From an uncultured Sandaracinaceae bacterium (lineage in GTDB: Bacteria; Myxococcota_A; Polyangia; Polyangiales; Houyiibacteriaceae), in the NCBI GenBank assembly GCA_964495565.1, contig CAZBWQ010000002.1:28436-92435 (forward strand): a stretch of 64,000 bases of DNA. Direction: 5' to 3'. Both the position numbers and the translations under genes were made by a program. Shown here piece after piece: positions 59,405 to 64,000 of the stretch (the first letter of the stretch is position 1; each line of letters starts with the position of its first letter). The notes below the pieces were generated by a model, which was not told the origin of the DNA, ran no database searches, and was given only the letters and a program-made list of their open reading frames with translations.

Positions 59405-60940
59405 ATGACGTTTGCATTTCGTTCGTGCTTGCTCGGGCTCTTGCTCGTCGTGTCCTCGGCGGCTTGCTCCAAGAACGGGACCCCGACGCAAACGGCCGAC
59501 GACACGCAGCCGCAGCCCGATGCAGCCGCGCTCGAGTCGCCACCACCGCCAGCCGAGCCGAAGGACCTGACGCTGCCCGAGGTGGTGGTGACGGAGCTCG
59601 ACAACGGCTTGCAGGTCAACTCGGTCGTGACCGATCAGCTTCCGGTCGTCTACGCGATCCTGGTGGTGCGCAGTGGGCGTGAGTCGGACCCGGATCGGAT
59701 TCCGGGCCTCTCGAGCCTCGTGGCGCAAATGCTCAAGGAGGGCACGACCGAGAGGTCGGGCGCCGAAATCGCCGAGGAGATCGAGTTCCTCGGCGCCGAT
59801 TTGTGGACCGATTCGGACGAGGAGAACACCTACGTGGGGACCCGGGTCCTCGCCGAACACCTCGATGAAGCGATCGAGATGCTGGCCGAGGTCGCCGGGC
59901 AGCCTGCGTTCGATCCCGAGGAGCTCGAAAAGCTCAAGCGGAGGGAGCTCGACCGTTTGGCGCTTTCCGAGCGTGAGCCGAGCTACATCGCCCGACGCAC
60001 GTTCTTTCGCCGGCTGTACGGGTCGCATCCCTATGGCACGGTCGATACCACCCCCCAGGCGGTGAAGCGGGTGCGCCGGCAAGACATGCTTCGTTGGCAC
60101 CGGACCCATTTCGTCGGCAAGAACGCGTTTCTCATCGTCGCGGGGGACGTCGACCCCGACGCGGTGCGGAGCGCGGCCGAAACGACGCTCGGCACCTGGC
60201 GCCCGGGCCGTCGTACCGTGCCGGACTACGACGACCCCCCGACGCGCGAGGATCGCCAAATCGTGGTCGTGGATCGCCCCGGCTCCGTGCAATCGGTCAT
60301 CTACGTCGGCAATCTCGCCATCCCTCGCGCGAGCCGGGAATGGATTCCGCTCACGGTGGCCAACCAGGTGCTCGGGGGCTCGGCCGCGTCCCGGCTCTTC
60401 ATGGACCTGCGCGAAAAGCGGAGCCTGACCTACGGAGCCTACAGCGCCGTGGCCGAGCGCGTCGACGTCGGTCCGTTCGTCGCCTATGCCTCGGTCCGCA
60501 CCGAGGTCACCCCGGAGGCGGTGGGTGCATTCTTCAGCCACCTCGAACAGATCCATCGCGAGCCGCCGACGACCGAGGAGCTCGTCAACGCCAAGCGGTA
60601 CCTGAGCGACTCTTTCCCCCTCCAGGTCGATACGCCCGGAAAGCTCGCGGAGCTGGTCATGGAGCTTCGGACCTACGGGCTCCCCAACGACTACTGGGAC
60701 CACTACCGGCAGTGGATTCGGAGCACCAGCGCCTCCGAGGCTCACTACGTGGCGCGGAGCTACATCCGGCCGGCCCAAGCCTTGGTGGTCGTCGTCGGGC
60801 AAGCCGCCGACTTCGCCCGGTCGCTCACCCCGTTTGGGCCGGTGACGGTCGTCTCTCCGGACGGCGAGGTGAAGGCGCGCTTCGAAGACGCGAGGCCGGC
60901 AGGCCAGACCTCGGGTGCGAAGCCCGATTCCATCGACTAA
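59405..60940 (+). CDS. M16 peptidase inactive-type partner, lipoprotein
   Basis: Lipobox SAAC; GLSSLVAQML replaces HxxEH; LGGSAASRLFMDLREKRSLTYG. Confidence 0.85.
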   Translation: MTFAFRSCLLGLLLVVSSAACSKNGTPTQTADDTQPQPDAAALESPPPPAEPKDLTLPEVVVTELDNGLQVNSVVTDQLPVVYAILVVRSGRESDPDRIPGLSSLVAQMLKEGTTERSGAEIAEEIEFLGADLWTDSDEENTYVGTRVLAEHLDEAIEMLAEVAGQPAFDPEELEKLKRRELDRLALSEREPSYIARRTFFRRLYGSHPYGTVDTTPQAVKRVRRQDMLRWHRTHFVGKNAFLIVAGDVDPDAVRSAAETTLGTWRPGRRTVPDYDDPPTREDRQIVVVDRPGSVQSVIYVGNLAIPRASREWIPLTVANQVLGGSAASRLFMDLREKRSLTYGAYSAVAERVDVGPFVAYASVRTEVTPEAVGAFFSHLEQIHREPPTTEELVNAKRYLSDSFPLQVDTPGKLAELVMELRTYGLPNDYWDHYRQWIRSTSASEAHYVARSYIRPAQALVVVVGQAADFARSLTPFGPVTVVSPDGEVKARFEDARPAGQTSGAKPDSID

Positions 60941-60949
60941 ATTCGAAGA

Positions 60950-62782
<1,833 letters not shown>

Positions 62783-62794
62783 GCCGACGTCCAC

Positions 62795-63919
62795 GTGAAG
62801 GTCGGGTTGCTCACCACGGGATTTCCACGCTTCGAAGGCGACCACAGCGGCTCCTTCTTGCTCACGCTCGCGCGCGGCCTCGTCGACGCGGGGCACCGCG
62901 TGCGGGTCTTGGCGCCCGAGCCGCGCGAGCTTCGTCCGGTCCCGACCTGGCCGGGCATCGAGCTCGCGTGGGTCCCTTACTTGCGGCCCCGTGCGCTGCA
63001 GGGCGCCTTCTACGAAAGCGGCGCGCCCGACAACTTGCGCCGGCATCCTGCTCGCTGGGCGGGGGCATTGAGCTTCACCGGGTGGCTCGCACGGGCTGCG
63101 CGCCAGCTCGACGACTGCGAAGCGCTGGTGAGCTCGTGGTGTGTGCCCTGCGGCTGGATCGCGTCCTCGGTCGCGCAAGGGCGGTCCCATCTCTGCATCT
63201 GCCACGCCACCGACGTGCGTTGGCTCACCCGAATGCCGGGCGCGAGGAGGGCCGCGCGCCGGATCGCCTCGGGCAGCACGTCGATGTGGTTCCTGAGCAC
63301 CGCGCTTCGGGATCGATTCTTCGAAGCCGCCAACCTCGCACCCGGGCGCGTGACGGTCCACGTCGGGTCGATGCCCATCGAACGGCCCCCATCCGCGGCG
63401 GCATCGCGGCAAGCGCTACGCCGCTCCCTCGGGATCGAGGGGTTCACGGTGCTTTTCTTGGGGAGGTTGGTGCCGGTCAAAGGCGCGCGGGACCTGCTTC
63501 ATGCCGTGGCCTCCCTGCCGGAGCCCGTCGCGCTCCGGATCGCCGGAGACGGTCCGGAGCGGGCCGCGCTCGAATCGCTGGCTGCTCGCCTGGGCCTCGA
63601 CACGGTGTTCGAAGGCTGGGTGGCAGGCGAGCGAAAGGACACGCTTCTCCGAGCTTGCGATGTGCTCGTCGCACCGTCGCGACGGGACGAGGGGCTGCCC
63701 ACGGTGCTGTTCGAGGCGCGCGCTCGCGAGCTTCCGGTGATCGCGACCGAGGTCGGCGCGATTCGCGAGGCGCTCGGTCGCTCGAAGGATGTCCTTCTCG
63801 TTCCGCCCGGCGACGCGGCTGCGCTCGGGTTCGCGATCGACGGTCTGCGATGCGCGGACCGTGGCGCGTCGAAGCTCAGGGCGTCACGCGCTGCGTACCG
63901 CGCGGAGGGCGGAAGGTGA
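62795..63919 (+). CDS. Glycosyltransferase family 4 (GT-B)
   Basis: FLGRLVPVKG, IAGDGPER, EGLPTVLFEA, PVIATEVG. Confidence 0.88.
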   Translation: MKVGLLTTGFPRFEGDHSGSFLLTLARGLVDAGHRVRVLAPEPRELRPVPTWPGIELAWVPYLRPRALQGAFYESGAPDNLRRHPARWAGALSFTGWLARAARQLDDCEALVSSWCVPCGWIASSVAQGRSHLCICHATDVRWLTRMPGARRAARRIASGSTSMWFLSTALRDRFFEAANLAPGRVTVHVGSMPIERPPSAAASRQALRRSLGIEGFTVLFLGRLVPVKGARDLLHAVASLPEPVALRIAGDGPERAALESLAARLGLDTVFEGWVAGERKDTLLRACDVLVAPSRRDEGLPTVLFEARARELPVIATEVGAIREALGRSKDVLLVPPGDAAALGFAIDGLRCADRGASKLRASRAAYRAEGGR

Positions 63920-64000
63920 ACCGCTTGTCCGAAACCTCCCGGTTGAACTTGATGTTCGAGAAGTCGAACCGGTTGCGGTTGCCCGCGGCGTCGATGATCA
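63876..64000 (-). CDS. lolA: C-terminus of outer-membrane lipoprotein carrier LolA (5' partial); not in the ORF track
   Basis: Manual translation IIDAAGNRNRFDFSNIKFNREVSDKRFTFRPPRGTQRVTP-stop; the FxFxPPxG ending is typical of LolA. Confidence 0.75.
   Translation of the reverse strand, partial: IIDAAGNRNRFDFSNIKFNREVSDKRFTFRPPRGTQRVTP

Overview
A gene-dense, GC-rich (roughly two-thirds GC by eye, not computed) chromosomal window that is mostly housekeeping and metabolic. Gene content suggests Myxococcota, probably Polyangia (inference): a membrane Ser/Thr kinase with PEGA domains, standalone CdnL/CarD, a Myxococcus-type LexA box before recA, and HTH_17-receiver proteins. It holds about 60 CDS: two separate beta-oxidation modules, cysD-cysN, a divergent Ku/LigD NHEJ locus, proS, trxB, feoAB with an unannotated 55-aa partner, tpx, tkt, a three-subunit transhydrogenase, the prs-rplY-pth-rpsF-rpsR-rplI-dnaB operon, hisIE, cdnL, cinA-recA, an M16 peptidase pair, glmS, and partial genes at both ends that the ORF track missed (an alpha/beta hydrolase and lolA). 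I found no rRNA, tRNA, CRISPR array, transposase, integrase or prophage. Two genes are frameshifted (a HEAT-repeat protein and an Slt-like lytic transglycosylase); these may be assembly errors. The best leads are non-coding or subtle: (1) a pseudoknot/SD-switch leader before an operon carrying two pseudo-receiver regulators; (2) a three-way-junction RNA plus anti-SD switch before proS; (3) a catalytically degenerate APS-kinase domain on CysN; (4) a single-HKD PLD-type protein with a Cys cluster in line with ku; (5) a KstR-like operator before the fadA-fadB operon; (6) a Fur-boxed, apparently leaderless feoA promoter; (7) a second palindrome beside the LexA box at recA. All protein calls come from motif recognition by eye; no database search was run.
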